The notes under the pieces: model-generated
What the model was told of the DNA's origin: nothing
Databases searched by the model: none
What the model saw: only the letters and a program-made list of their open reading frames with translations
Source: Eledone cirrhosa
Lineage: Eukaryota
Assembly: GCA_964016885.1 (NCBI GenBank)
Contig: OZ024741.1
Location: forward strand, 28,024,001-28,088,000
Reading direction: 5' to 3'
DNA length: 64,000 nt
Part shown: positions 11,640-24,734 of the stretch, in pieces
How the letters are laid out: each line of letters begins with the position of its first letter
How positions within the stretch are numbered: the stretch's first letter is position 1
Translations under genes and position numbers: made by a program

Positions 11640-12671
11640 AACGTTAACGGTAGGGGTATTAGTTAATGGTTGTGGCGGTGGTGAGAAAGAGTAGATGAAT
11701 ACTATATTTTTCTTAGTAATATTTAATTTTTTTTTTAAATCGTCAATTATTTAACGCATGCACTTTAGTGCAATTAACTGTTGCTAAACTGAACCTTTTA
11801 CAACGAACTAAGTTTCTACTTAGAATAGCTTATTCAATGACAATTAACAAAGGAAAGATATTTCCTTGCTACAATCAGTATTTAGTCGTAGACAGTTATA
11901 GGTTATATTCTCTAGGGCTAAGAAATTGACCGATGTTTTTGTTAGGGTAGTTAATACCAATAATCAAGGGAATAAAAATAACTAACACTTGTGTATAAGG
12001 AACAATTAAACTAATGATATAAATTATGATAATGTTAATTAATGGCCTAAGAACTCAAATGGTACAATGATGGAATACAAAAAATCTGTCAGAGTAGACT
12101 GCCCACAGTTCACAGATGTTAACACAGCTATGAATAGTAGAGCATTAACCTTATATTATCATTTTATTATAGGTTTCATGTTGTCACAATTTTGTTAATG
12201 AAATTCTAACGGGAATTTCAATCCCTCAAAAGAAGTAACCATTTAATAGTCGACTCCATAAATTCGACCTTAAAAATTAGTCTAAAAAATTCAACTGTTA
12301 CATGAGAATATACGGTATACATTGGTAAATAAACTATTAATAAATTAGTTAAATCTACTTCTTGAAGTACTAAGTACTTTATTTCGTATATGTATACTTT
12401 ATTCCTATGAACTGGTACGTTTTATATATATATTCGTAAATTCTTCAAATATTGGTCTTTTCCAATAGTTGCTTCTTCCTCGAATGAAACCATTGTAAGA
12501 AGATCGATATATAAGTGAGATAGACTTGTTTTTGGTCTGTCTGACTTATACTCCCATAAATAGCGTTTTTTCACTTAAATTTAATATGTAATATTGGTTC
12601 TCTGGTTAATAACTTATCTATATATTGTATCCATTCATTGAGATGTTTCAAGTATTAGAAACTGATTAAGA

Positions 12672-12711
<40 letters not shown>

Positions 12712-12900
12712 AATGGAAGTTTAGTAAAATCGAAGTTTTGTCTGTGGCCAAGCTAATACAATTAGGAATGTGCAGCAAAGCACTCGATAGGTTTGTGTCA
12801 CCTTAGAGTAATAACATACGTTAGATAGCTTGACAAATTGAAAACTGCGACAGGCGAGCCTAGCCACATGATACCAAAGCAACGAAAAAACCAATCAGGT

Positions 12901-13861
<961 letters not shown>

Positions 13862-14285
13862 AGGAAGAACGAGTCAAGTCCCAAATCTATAAATATTCAA
13901 AGATATTCCGTAAATAACCTGTCTTTTCCGGGTATCTCGAACTACATTATGTAACGTGTCCTACTCGTACATAATGATATATATAATTATATAAGGATGC
14001 CAGAATATATATACAAGTGTATATAATCATGACAAAATAAAAGAACCCGAACATTCTAGAATACTAGACTAGAAAAATGAAGTATTAGAGGGATATATAC
14101 AATGTGAAAATATTGAAATGTCTATATAACAATATATGAAAGAATACTTAGAAATAGCAGATTCGATTAGAAGACTAAAATATAGAAAATATATAAAAAA
14201 AAGTGTGAGAATATGTCATTAGAAATAATTATTGGGCTTTATCCCAGCTTTGCATTATCCCGAGTCCTTAAGAAACATCGTTTTA

Positions 14286-14287
<2 letters not shown>

Positions 14288-14332
<45 letters not shown>

Positions 14333-14347
14333 CACACACATACACGC

Positions 14348-14407
<60 letters not shown>

Positions 14408-14479
14408 ACACACACATATATATATATATATACACACATACATACATACACACACACGCGCACACACACACACACACAT

Positions 14480-14536
<57 letters not shown>

Positions 14537-14840
14537 CATACACACATACATACATATATATACATACACACACATCTATATACATACACATATACTTATG
14601 TATATATACACGCATACATACATGCATACGCACACACACACACACATATATATATATATACATACATCTATACATACATACATATATACATCTATACATC
14701 TATACATCTATACATACATACATATATACATACATACACACATAAACACCTACATACATATATACACACACGTGCATACAAATACACATACATACATGCA
14801 TACATATACACATACATACACATACACATACATACATATT
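14288..14840. repeat. (CA)n/(TA)n/(TACA)n compound microsatellite
   Basis: Direct reading. Confidence 0.95.
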
Positions 14841-16028
14841 CTCTCTTTTGGTAAATATTTGATACACACCTCTTCTCCCAACAGCTCCCCTCCCTTTCCA
14901 TGTCTTGGGAGATTTTGTTAGTTTTGAAAGAATTCTAAAGAATTGTTGAGCCGACAATGGAAACTATTCCAAACTAATGATGTCTTTCTGTCCCACCTGA
15001 ACCAGTTCTACCACTACCACCGCTGTCGATGTAATCTTTATTTTATCACTCTGTACTAGACAAGAACTGTAAAGAATCATTACAATAGACGTAGTAACTT
15101 TTAAGCAATGTATCTGAACGCCTTTACCGCTTTGGGAATTTTTTGAAATTGTCTTCTCGTTTTTAGTGTATGTTTTTTTAAAAATAGTAATTATGTCGTA
15201 CAAAAACCATTTCAGGCATGTAAAGGACTCAGAAAACTTTTACATTTATATATTTTACATTTATTTTTAACCTTAACACTTTTGTCACATCTTTGTGATT
15301 TAGTCACTGATACAATCCCAATGTTTCATTGTTTCATTTTTTTTATTGGATACGTCAAAATATTTAAAAGTTTTATTCAGAGGAGAAAGGGCAGCACCGA
15401 TTAACTTATCATGGCTGCCGTGACTGCTGGGTAGAAAAGAGAAATTATCCGTTGACAAGAGCCGTAGTTCGGATGTTTACAATAGAATGGTTACAGCTAA
15501 AACATCAAAGTATCACAGGCTGGTATTAAATCTGCTGACATATTAAGTCTTCCGATGAAGAACAGAAGGAGCTTCTTCAATGGCTTTCAACACAATTTTA
15601 GTCTATCAAATTTTAGCAAGAAGCTTTATATTTACTCCAGAAGTGACTGGAAGTAGGAAATAAAGAAAAGCGATGTACAAGAAAAATGTACAGTTTTAAA
15701 AGCTGTTCTAGCGATGAGTTTTCTCATTTTTATATGTATTCAAATACACTGTCGCTTCGTCTCGATCAGAGACAACATTGTTTTAACTTTATCATAGCTA
15801 TGATTAGTTTTCTATTTAGGACAGACACAATAGAATGAGGCCCGCTATCCCATTATTTTCCTTTTTTTGTTTTCTTTTGTTCTTCTATAAGTGCTGTTTG
15901 TTTCATCAAATACACATCATACCAGCAGAAAGATTTATTTTTCTGCTGCAAGATCCAGCATTTTGAAATGGTACTCTCAATTAAATCGTGCGAAACCACT
16001 TTGCTGGTTTGAGAGCTGATGAGGGTGA

Positions 16029-16129
<101 letters not shown>

Positions 16130-17708
16130 CGTGTGTGTGTGTAAACTTATTTTGTACATCGTCTTTCTTTATTTCCTTCTTCCAGTCACTTCTGTGCACC
16201 AACACATACGTGTAGAGAATAAGAGGTAGTAACAAATGACAGATAAAAGAACAAACAATAAATTAAAAATTAAGTGAGAGATACGAGGATGAGACATAAG
16301 GGATAAGGATGGATGGGGAAGGGGGGGGGGGGGGTTGATATGTGTGGTAAATATTTAGCCTGCTGATTGTCTTATCTTAATGGGGTTGATGTGGCTTCAG
16401 GGAGAGAGAGTGAAAGAAAGGTTAGGAGATTTATGATCTAGTGACCAGTCGGTCAGTTGACAGCTAATAACAGTGGGGTGGTATGTATTCCGTACGTTAA
16501 AATCCGGGTGGTTCAGTTCGAATTTTGGGATTGCTGGGTCGAATCATGCTGGTTTGAAATTTGTGAACTTGGTAGCTGCTTTGTGCCTACAGAAAATTGA
16601 TCTTTCTATTTTGCTGTTAAGCAGCATCTTATCGTACTTTAAAATATGGAATAGCTCCATATTGCAAAGTCCGCAGTGGGACATTCCATTGTTGTAGGCC
16701 CTTATTCCCGATAATTTTGACCAGCTAATCCTATATTCCTGGTTTGTGTTCTTAAGCTGCCAGATTTTATTGGCCAGCGTTGTAGAGTTCTCTAGTCTAC
16801 GGTTCTTCATGGAGTGTCTGTGAATATACCATCTTTTTTTGACTCCCTAACCGTGGACCCTATGTAGTGCCATATTAGGTTGCCTGAATTTATAGTACTT
16901 GAATCCAGGCATCTATTTTGTAGTGGGCACTTATCCGGTAGGTGGCAGTTACAGTTGGAGGCCTTCCTGTGTGCAGGTTCTCTATTGCGGTTTTGCATGT
17001 TGTTATGGGTGGGTTGAGATTTAGGCCTATTAATGTTTTGTTGTGATGCGCCCTGACGTGTGTGTGGTTGTGATGTTGTTATGTGTTTGCGTTTTGTATT
17101 TGGTGCTATGGTGTATGTTACTAGGTTATTTTCTTTAGAGATTCTTTTGTAGTTGATTTTATGTATGTGTGATTCTATGTTGGCTTCAGTAGAGTAAGAT
17201 AGTTTGATAGTTTTTCTGTTAAAGATTCTATGGTATTTGTGTAGTTTAGGGAAGTGTTTGTCAATTAGCTTAAAGAATGTAGAAGGTAGTTTGGTTTTTA
17301 TAGAGGAGTTGAATATTGGATTGAACCATAAGTATTTCCTATCTCTGGATTTTCTATAGTATTCGGTTCAGTTATTTCTGGTGCTCGTTGTCTAATTCTA
17401 TGTTTGCTATTTCTATAGGTGTGAGTAGTGTAGCTGTCATTAGGTTTGTTGCTGCTGTCTCTATCTGGTATGTATTTGAGCCCCTCCTTATGTCCAGCCT
17501 TATGTAAAGCTATGTTATAATAGTTTGCGTGTTCGTTAAAAATCTCTAGGTTAGAAGATAGGCGGGATATTCTGAGGGATATACTATGTGCTATGGAGTT
17601 AATTATGGATCGAGGGTGGTTTGAGTTATAACTAATGTAGGCTAGATTCTCGTTATTTTTATGGAAGGGCTCTATTAATCCTGTGTTTAGGTTGATTCTT
17701 ACATCTAA

Positions 17709-18620
17709 CTCAGACTCAGAAGCTCCCGCGTCTTGCGACGCATGAGGCAATCATAGTGTTCCATCGCGTTCAGTCAGCAGCCAGTTGCACAGCGTCCCGC
17801 CATTGTCTGTTTGTCGCTCGCAGGTCCATCTCAACTGTCTCGCGCCAGTTCATTTTGGGTCGCCCTCTCCGTCTGCTGCCCTGCGGGCTCCATTTAAGTA
17901 CTTGGTTCGCCAGTCTCTCCGGGGGAAGTCTCAAAGCGTGTCCAAACCAGCCCAGGCGTCCCTTGCAGATGGTAGAAGAGACTAGCTGCTGGTTGGTGCG
18001 GTTCCTGACTTCCTGGTTTGTTACATGGTCACTCCATTTAATCCCCAGGATCTTTCGCAGACATCTGGAATCGAATGCGTCCAACTTCTTCTCTTGGCTG
18101 GTCTTAAGGTGCCACGTTTCACTTCCGTACAAGAGTGTGGACAGCACGTTGTTGTTGTAGAATATCATCTTTGTTTTGATAGTGTACTTCCTGCTCTTCC
18201 AGATCTTGTCAAGCTGGTTAAATGCTGCTGAAGCCTTTCCCATTCTACATTGCAGTTCACTGTCCATGGTGCCCTCATTGTTAATGGAACTTCCTAGGTA
18301 GGTGAAGTTGTCCACTATCTCCACCTCCCCCTGTTCAATGAAGACACTGGTTGGTGGTTGGTGTGTCCCAGATAACATGCTTTTGGTCTTCTTGGCACTG
18401 ATATTGAGACCTAAGCTTCCTGATTAGACATTGATATTGTTCACAATGATTTACAGGTCAGCTGTGCTCTCTGCAAGTGCAGCAATATCGTCCGCAAAGT
18501 CCAGGTCAGACAACTTTTGCTCTCCCACCCAAGATATACCCTGGTCTTTAGACGCTCTTCTTTGTACCCAGTCAATGGCTATGGCAAAGAGAATTAGAGA
18601 GAGCGAGCAACCTTGACGCA
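17709..18620 (-). mobile_element. 5'-truncated RTE LINE nested in the Penelope element, 12-bp TSD
   Basis: Motifs [42 protein letters not shown]; (TCTGAG)2 tail; TSD TCTTACATCTAA at 17697-17708 and 18621-18632. Confidence 0.92.
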
Positions 18621-20081
18621 TCTTACATCTAAGAAGTTTGGTTTTTTAGAATTAAGTTCGAAAGTGATACTTAGGCCTAGTTTGTTGAAGAAGACTCTAA
18701 TGTTTTGCCGTAATTTTTCCATGTTTTGATTATTTAAGTTCTTAGCTAAAAGGAGTGTGTCGTCTCTATAAATTCCTCCTTGGAGGTTATTAAATTCCTT
18801 ATGTAAGTTATGCGCTATATATATATTCCAACTATGTCTGTTACCTGAGCTGAGTCGCTAGATCCCATTGTTATATCGAAGCTATTCTGTCTGTTTTTTT
18901 ATTTCCCAGTAACTATTTTCGAATCTAATGATAGTTCTCCTAGCAGCTAGTATTATTCTAATTTCATCAGAGGTTAGATCCGAGTTTTTCTGGGCAAAGG
19001 CTAGCGCTTTATCTAGGGTGACTGGGGAGATGGAGGAGTAGTAGTCATTAATGTCAAACTGTACGAAGTTGGATGTTTCCCTACTGTCTATTTTGCTGAA
19101 CCAGTCTATTGCTTCGTTAGTGTTATCCCATAGCTTAATTACTAGTTTGTCCTTGATTTGTGCTATTACTCTATCTAGTATATACTTGCTAATTTTGCCT
19201 ATATCCAACTTCGATGGGCATATTAATCTAATTGTGGGGTCTGTTTCGAAATTATTTTTATGATCCTTTAGATTAAACGTGGGGTTACAAGGGGTTAGCA
19301 GCTCGGTTCTATCAGGTATGTTCAGTTTTTTTTATTGCTAAGTCCTTCCTTATTAATTCTAGTGAGTGTAGATTCTGTAGTTTTCTTGTATTTTTTGTGT
19401 AGCTCACGGCGTATAAAGTTATTGTATGTATTAAGGCTCACGGTGTATACGTTTGATGTTTTGTCAGCTTTTACTATAATACCGTTGGTGTTGCGTAGTT
19501 TCTTCAGTAGTGTATTGATGTCGTTTTGCAGTTTGTTGTAACTCGTACGGGTTACAACTTATCATGTTCATGAGGTCAAGTTCGAAGGCATCAAGCTGGG
19601 GGTTATTCGGTGGATTTTTGCAGGATTTGAATCCGTATTTTTCCCTAGTAAATTCCTCTGTGTTATTAGCGTGTCCTTTATCGTAATGATAGGCCTTCCA
19701 TCGGATTTGACGGATTAAGTCATTAGTACACTCTATCATGCCGAGTGTATAGTCCTTGTTTGTAGTTATAAGTATGTTTTTTAAGGACATGCCTATGTGG
19801 TGCTTTTCCATGTTAGTGCCGTGCGTTAAGGTTGTTGCTCAACCTAGTGGGAGCTGGGTATATGGGATAACAAGTTATCGTTATAGGTAATCTAGTTAGA
19901 GGTTGTGAGTACTCTGTATTGTGGATAGTTTTAATGCAGGGCTTTATTTGACTCAACAAGATGTTTCCATAGTTAGGTAGCGAGTTCGCAAGAATTCCTA
20001 TGCAGGTTATACTTGGAGTAATAATAGTGAAAGATTGAAGAATAACATGGTCGGCTGTACTACAAGCGGCTTTATTTCAAG

Positions 20082-20190
20082 TATTAACAATTGTTTCATT
20101 GATCAGGTGAGTCTAAAGGCCGCTAATCACTCGAAGTTGCGTCACTCGACCTCAAATACAGTGTTTACCTCTGATCAAATCCTCAGAATA
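20082..20190 (-). ncRNA. Type I hammerhead ribozyme (long stem II) in Penelope 5' region
   Basis: Minus strand: UAUU CUGAGGA U-UUGAUCAG ... CUGAUCAA-U GAAA C AAUU GU U AAUA; stem III ACAAUUGU is palindromic; stem I only 4 bp. Confidence 0.6.
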
Positions 20191-20324
20191 TCAGACAACT
20201 CACATATGGCAATGGTATATATAGAGATACAGCGTAGAATCAAAACATATATATATATATATATATACATACACATGAATATGTATAACTATCTATGTCT
20301 CTCTTCCCCCTCTCTCTCTCTTTT

Positions 20325-20520
20325 GACCAGCAATTTTGGGGGAGGGAGAAGTCGATTAAATCGACCCCAGTGCGTGACTGGTACTTTATTGTATCGACCC
20401 CGTAAAGATGAAAGGCAAAGTTAACCTCGGCGGGATTTGAACTCAGATCATAAAAGGCCATAACTCTATGCTGTAAAGCATGGCGTCCGACCCTCTACCG
20501 ATACTGCCAACCGACCGCCC
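20325..20520 (-). mobile_element. SINE copy (Meta/Nin-like domain)
   Basis: Same body as 5960-6130 and 51625-51800. Confidence 0.75.
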
Positions 20521-20669
20521 TAATATTACCAGAAATAATAATAAAACACATTCACTGTTTGGTTTGGATTGGTGGTCGCTTCTGTATATTTTATATCTAC
20601 ATAGTTAATTTTGCTCGCAATCAATGTTTATCATTGATTGACCAACGGTTAAAAATATAGATATAAATG

Positions 20670-20702
<33 letters not shown>

Positions 20703-20880
20703 GTGTGTCAAAGTTCTTTCATCACACACCTGTGACATCATCAGTGGTACTATTATGTTTTCTCACGTTTATTGTAATGTCTATTCTATTTTTTATTATT
20801 ATTTATTTATTTATTTATTTATTCTTGTCTCTGTTTGCGCATGCGTTTGTGTGTGTGTTTTCTGTTTGATGTATGTTTGC

Positions 20881-20977
<97 letters not shown>

Positions 20978-20980
20978 GAA

Positions 20981-21133
20981 GTAGTTACACAACAGTTAGT
21001 ACACCATACCGAGAACAAATGTTTCACCTTATTCGGATCCTTAGCTCGGTTTAAATGAAGTTGTACGAGGTAAGGATCTGAATAAAGTGAAACATTTGTT
21101 CTCAATATGGTGAACTAACTGTTGTGGAACTAC
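20981..21133. repeat. Imperfect ~68-bp inverted repeat (fold-back fragment)
   Basis: Arms 20981-21048 and 21066-21133; contains a GAAACATTTGTT half-hammerhead-like motif. Confidence 0.8.
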
Positions 21134-21210
21134 TACTACCAAACTCGTCCCACGGACTGAGTGTTCTACTACTACGGATATAACCCTCCAGTGTTCTACT
21201 ATTATATATC

Positions 21211-21307
21211 CATGGTTCTTGGAGACGCAGGACACGGCAGCGATAATGAGGGACAGAGACCGTTGGAGAGAACTCGTCCATGGATCTCGGGAATTTTACC
21301 CGTCCTA

Positions 21308-21310
<3 letters not shown>
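21211..21310 (+). mobile_element. 3'-terminal ~100-bp fragment of the same RTE family as 358-3492
   Basis: Encodes [20 protein letters not shown], followed by (AT)n. Confidence 0.85.
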
Positions 21311-21351
<41 letters not shown>

Positions 21352-21673
21352 CAAGTATGATTTGTTAAAAATCTCCACCTTCCCAAGCACCAGAAAACAT
21401 ACAACTACCACCATATTACAATGACAGTTTGATGATATTCTTCGAATGAAACAGTTATAGTCCTGTAGAAGCCATTTCTATATATATATATAAATTAATA
21501 AAAACAATGAATAAAAACAAAGAGCAAGTTCCTTATATTAAAAAATTCATCATTTTACGATCGTTTCTAGGATATATATGTGTGTTGGTATGTATATCAT
21601 ATAGATCTATGTAAAAATATTACAAACTATCAGAGGAAATATACATACCTTCACATATATATGCTGTCTTCAG

Positions 21674-21756
<83 letters not shown>

Positions 21757-21820
21757 CATATTTATTTTATTATTTATAAAACCATATTTATTTTATTATA
21801 TATTCTCGCCTGTCTTCTAG

Positions 21821-21912
21821 TCCAGCAGTCGCAAGCGGTGGGAGTGACCGTCCTGGCGAAGGCCAGTTAAGCCTGAAATGCATAGACGGTTATCCCCCTT
21901 GCTTCTGCTGGA
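21821..21912 (+). ncRNA. Type I minimal hammerhead ribozyme, copy 1 (core CUGGCGA, A6G change)
   Basis: ACCGUC CUGGCGA AGGC cagUUAA GCCU GAAA UGCA UA GACGGU; stem III AUGCAU palindromic; stem I extends to UCCAGCAG/CUGCUGGA. Confidence 0.8.
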
Positions 21913-22129
21913 CTTCACCAGAGGGTGTTTGCATAGCTACGGCTTCCTAAAACCGTATTTCTTTGGAGATACGAAATATTTATACATATTGTATAAAGCT
22001 ATGCTTGAAGCGAAATCCTATTTCTTTTTTATTATAAGTTGAGCCAACTTATGCAGCTTCATATGCAAATGAGATTAATCATCTCATTTACACAGACGAG
22101 AAAAGTATATATTCTCGCCTGTCTTCTAG

Positions 22130-22221
22130 TCCAGCAGTCGCAAGCGGTGGGAGGGACCGTCCTGACGAAGGCCTGTTAAGCCTGAAATGTATAGACGGTT
22201 GTCCCCCTTGCTTCTGCTGGA
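22130..22221 (+). ncRNA. Type I minimal hammerhead ribozyme, copy 2 (canonical core)
   Basis: ACCGUC CUGACGA AGGC cugUUAA GCCU GAAA UGUA UA GACGGU; extended stem I. Confidence 0.88.
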
Positions 22222-22310
22222 CATTACCAGAGGTCGTTTGCCTCCCGGTGTTTGCATAGCTCCGGCTTCCTAAAACCGTATTTCAAGCTATGCTTGAAGC
22301 GAAATCCTAT

Positions 22311-22371
22311 TTCTTATTATATATATTTCAAGCGTACTAACATTTATTTTACGCTCTCATCAGATAAAATA
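22311..22371 (-). ncRNA. Type I hammerhead ribozyme (left arm of palindrome)
   Basis: Minus strand: UUUUAU CUGAUGA GAGCGUA...UACGCUU GAAA UAUAUA UA AUAAGA. Confidence 0.8.
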
Positions 22372-22497
22372 CAAAAGTTGTTTTACAGATAGAGACATAT
22401 CCAAAACAGGAACTTATCGTTTTAAGTTCAGTTCAAACTGAACTTAAAACGATAAGTTCCTGTTTTGGATATGTCCCTATCTGTAAAACAACTTTTG

Positions 22498-22559
22498 TAT
22501 TTTATCTGATGAGAGCGTACCAAAAATTTTGGTATCCTTGAAATATATATAATAAAATA
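22498..22559 (+). ncRNA. Type I hammerhead ribozyme (right arm of palindrome)
   Basis: UAUUUUAU CUGAUGA GAGCGUACCAAAA..UUUUGGUAUCCUU GAAA UAUAUA UA AUAAAAUA; 8-bp stem I; palindromic (AU)4 stem III. Confidence 0.85.
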
Positions 22560-22689
22560 AATATGGTTTTATGAAGATAGTTTCCATTTATTAATATTAT
22601 TGATATTATACTCCAGAAGAAACTGTAGGGTGCTTCTAATCTGTTATAAATAAATTTGTTGAATAACCAACAAATTAAATAACTCTTTG

Positions 22690-22721
<32 letters not shown>

Positions 22722-22729
<8 letters not shown>

Positions 22730-23362
22730 GAGAAGAAAGAATACTGCGTGGTTGCACATGGGTTACATATGATAAAAATACTCCTTTGTCAGTGATTTTC
22801 CAACCTTCATTGGTATTTCATCGCTTTAAAAATCATATACCTCCGGTTGGTGCGAGCAATAGCTAAATAAAGCTATTGGGACAAGTAAATCGCGTAAAGC
22901 GGGCGAGACAAGTAAACAAACATAGAAGGATTGATAGCAACGCAAAGATAGGAAAAAAACAAGCAACATGGTTATCCGGTCAGCTTAATCTGGGTGGATT
23001 TCATGAGCGAACGTAATACAGACCATCCGACGTGAGTGAGATGTGAGCAAGAAGAGAACCCACACAGGTCAAACGGGAGGAAGTGAGAAGGGGAGAAACA
23101 GAGAGTGAGTGAGTGGAAGTGGCCAGTCGAGAGAAAGTGTAACTGACAGAGGGGGCGAAAGAAGGTGAGAGAAACAGAGAGAGCGGGGAAGCAGTAAGAG
23201 AGAAACAGACAAACGCAGCCGAGGTAAATATATATAAAAAACATGATAAGAAAGAATACTGCGTGGTTGCACATAGGTTACATATGATAAAAATAGTCCT
23301 TTGTCAGTGATTTTCCAACCTTCATTGGTATTTCATCGCTTTAAAAACAATATACCTCCGGT
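22722..23362. mobile_element. Non-coding partial-tandem element (515-bp unit), homologue of 13026-13861
   Basis: 22722-22846 is repeated at 23237-23362; flanked by (TA)n. Confidence 0.7.
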
Positions 23363-23595
23363 ATATATATATAGCTAGTTACATAACACGCGCTTCATCC
23401 GAAAGATTCTCCAACCCGTGTATGATTATAGTTAATTTGTTCTGGATCTAACTTTATACCGGACTCGTACTTTAGACGGAGTGCTCTACCAACTTTGATT
23501 ATAACCTCCTGGTTTTTCACCACAATATATATATATCCAATAACTATATATATATATATATATATCCTTGAACTATATATATATATATATCCTTG

Positions 23596-23647
<52 letters not shown>

Positions 23648-23656
23648 TGAACTATA

Positions 23657-23777
23657 TATATTTAATATAGAAATGGCTTCTACGGGACAGAGAACTGTTT
23701 CATTCGGAGGAAATCATCAAGATTTCCTCCGAATGAAACAGTTCTAGTCCTATAGAAGCCATTTCTATATTAAATAT
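23657..23777. repeat. Fold-back palindrome of a pLTR-like fragment with degenerate hammerhead core
   Basis: Arms 23657-23715 and 23721-23777; minus strand UUGAUGA UUUC CUCC GAAU GAAAC; related to 21424-21482 and 43120-43155. Confidence 0.75.
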
Positions 23778-23841
23778 GTATACTCTGCTATGTATAGAGT
23801 ACCTTACTTACTGTGGTATCCCCCGATTGAACCCTGGATAA

Positions 23842-23880
<39 letters not shown>

Positions 23881-23884
23881 ATGT

Positions 23885-24066
23885 ATGACCCCGACGGCAG
23901 AGCTCAAGCCGTTTCGACGGCTATTTCTGAACTCAGAAATAGTCGTCGAAACGGCTTGAGCTCTGCAGCCGGGGTCATATTTTTTCCTATTTCCCACTCT
24001 ACTACTCTAAGTATTGAGTACTCTGGTGCGTTATGGTCCATCTGGTTCCTTACCACATTTCCTTTG

Positions 24067-24070
<4 letters not shown>
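23885..24070 (+). mobile_element. Short fold-back Penelope pLTR fragment (family of the 51918-56412 element)
   Basis: Palindrome 23885-23977 centred on TTTCTGA-AC-TCAGAAA, then the tail ending TTCCTTTGTTAT and (AT)n. Confidence 0.85.
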
Positions 24071-24137
<67 letters not shown>

Positions 24138-24261
24138 GGAGGTGAGTTTTATTGTAGTACAATAAAGCAATGCAGATATCGGATAAGAAGCACTCTACAG
24201 TTTGTAGGACTGGAGTATACATAATATATAAGAACAAAAGATGGTTAAAAGAGTTCCATGT

Positions 24262-24330
24262 ATTTTATTATGCGCATTTCAAAAACAAATATCATCATAC
24301 AATAATATTTGTGTTTTCATCAGATAAAAC
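24262..24330 (-). ncRNA. Type I hammerhead ribozyme in inverted pLTR
   Basis: Minus strand: GUUUUAU CUGAUGA AAACACAAAUAUU...GAUAUUUGUUUUU GAAA UGCGCA UA AUAAAAU; palindromic AUGCGCAU. Confidence 0.85.
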
Positions 24331-24734
24331 AGGAAGACATGATATGAAGGTTAAAAAACACTTGTGGATAGTGCAGTTTTAAATCAACATATGAAAAGTA
24401 GTTTTAGATTGATGTGTGATATTGGGAAAAAATATTTATTTTGAGGGTGGGTGGGGTGGGGTGGAAAGGTTGAAAAAGAGGAGGAGATGAGAGTAAAAAG
24501 TGGAGAGGGAGGAGTATAATGAGGAAGGATGAGATAGGAGGAGAGATGGGTGATAGAGAGAGAGAGATAGCTTTTATAACTGAGAAAGATATATTGTTTT
24601 ACATAGAGAGGTTGAAAACCGTTGGAAGATAATGTATAAATTAAAAGAATTTGAAAATTAACGAAGAGAAAAATAATGTAAAGTTAAGGTTTGTATATTG
24701 AGGGGTTTAATAATATGTGCGATGAAAAGAAAAT

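Larger units (their letters stand above)
16300..20215 (-). mobile_element. Penelope-like element (frameshifted RT + GIY-YIG, ORF remnants 19811 to 16544) with 5' hammerhead, interrupted by an RTE insertion
   Basis: Motifs SLKNI..RWKA, KADKT, LKDHK, QFDINDYYSSI, MGSSDS, HPRSI, CNC..CPL..CL, WHYIGST, LANKIWQLK, CGLC. Confidence 0.88.
21804..22313 (+). mobile_element. Retrozyme-like tandem repeat (309-bp unit, ~1.6 copies) with 11-bp TSD
   Basis: TATTCTCGCCTGTCTTCTAG at 21801 and 22110; one hammerhead per unit; TSD TTATTATATAT at 21793-21803 and 22314-22324. Confidence 0.8.
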
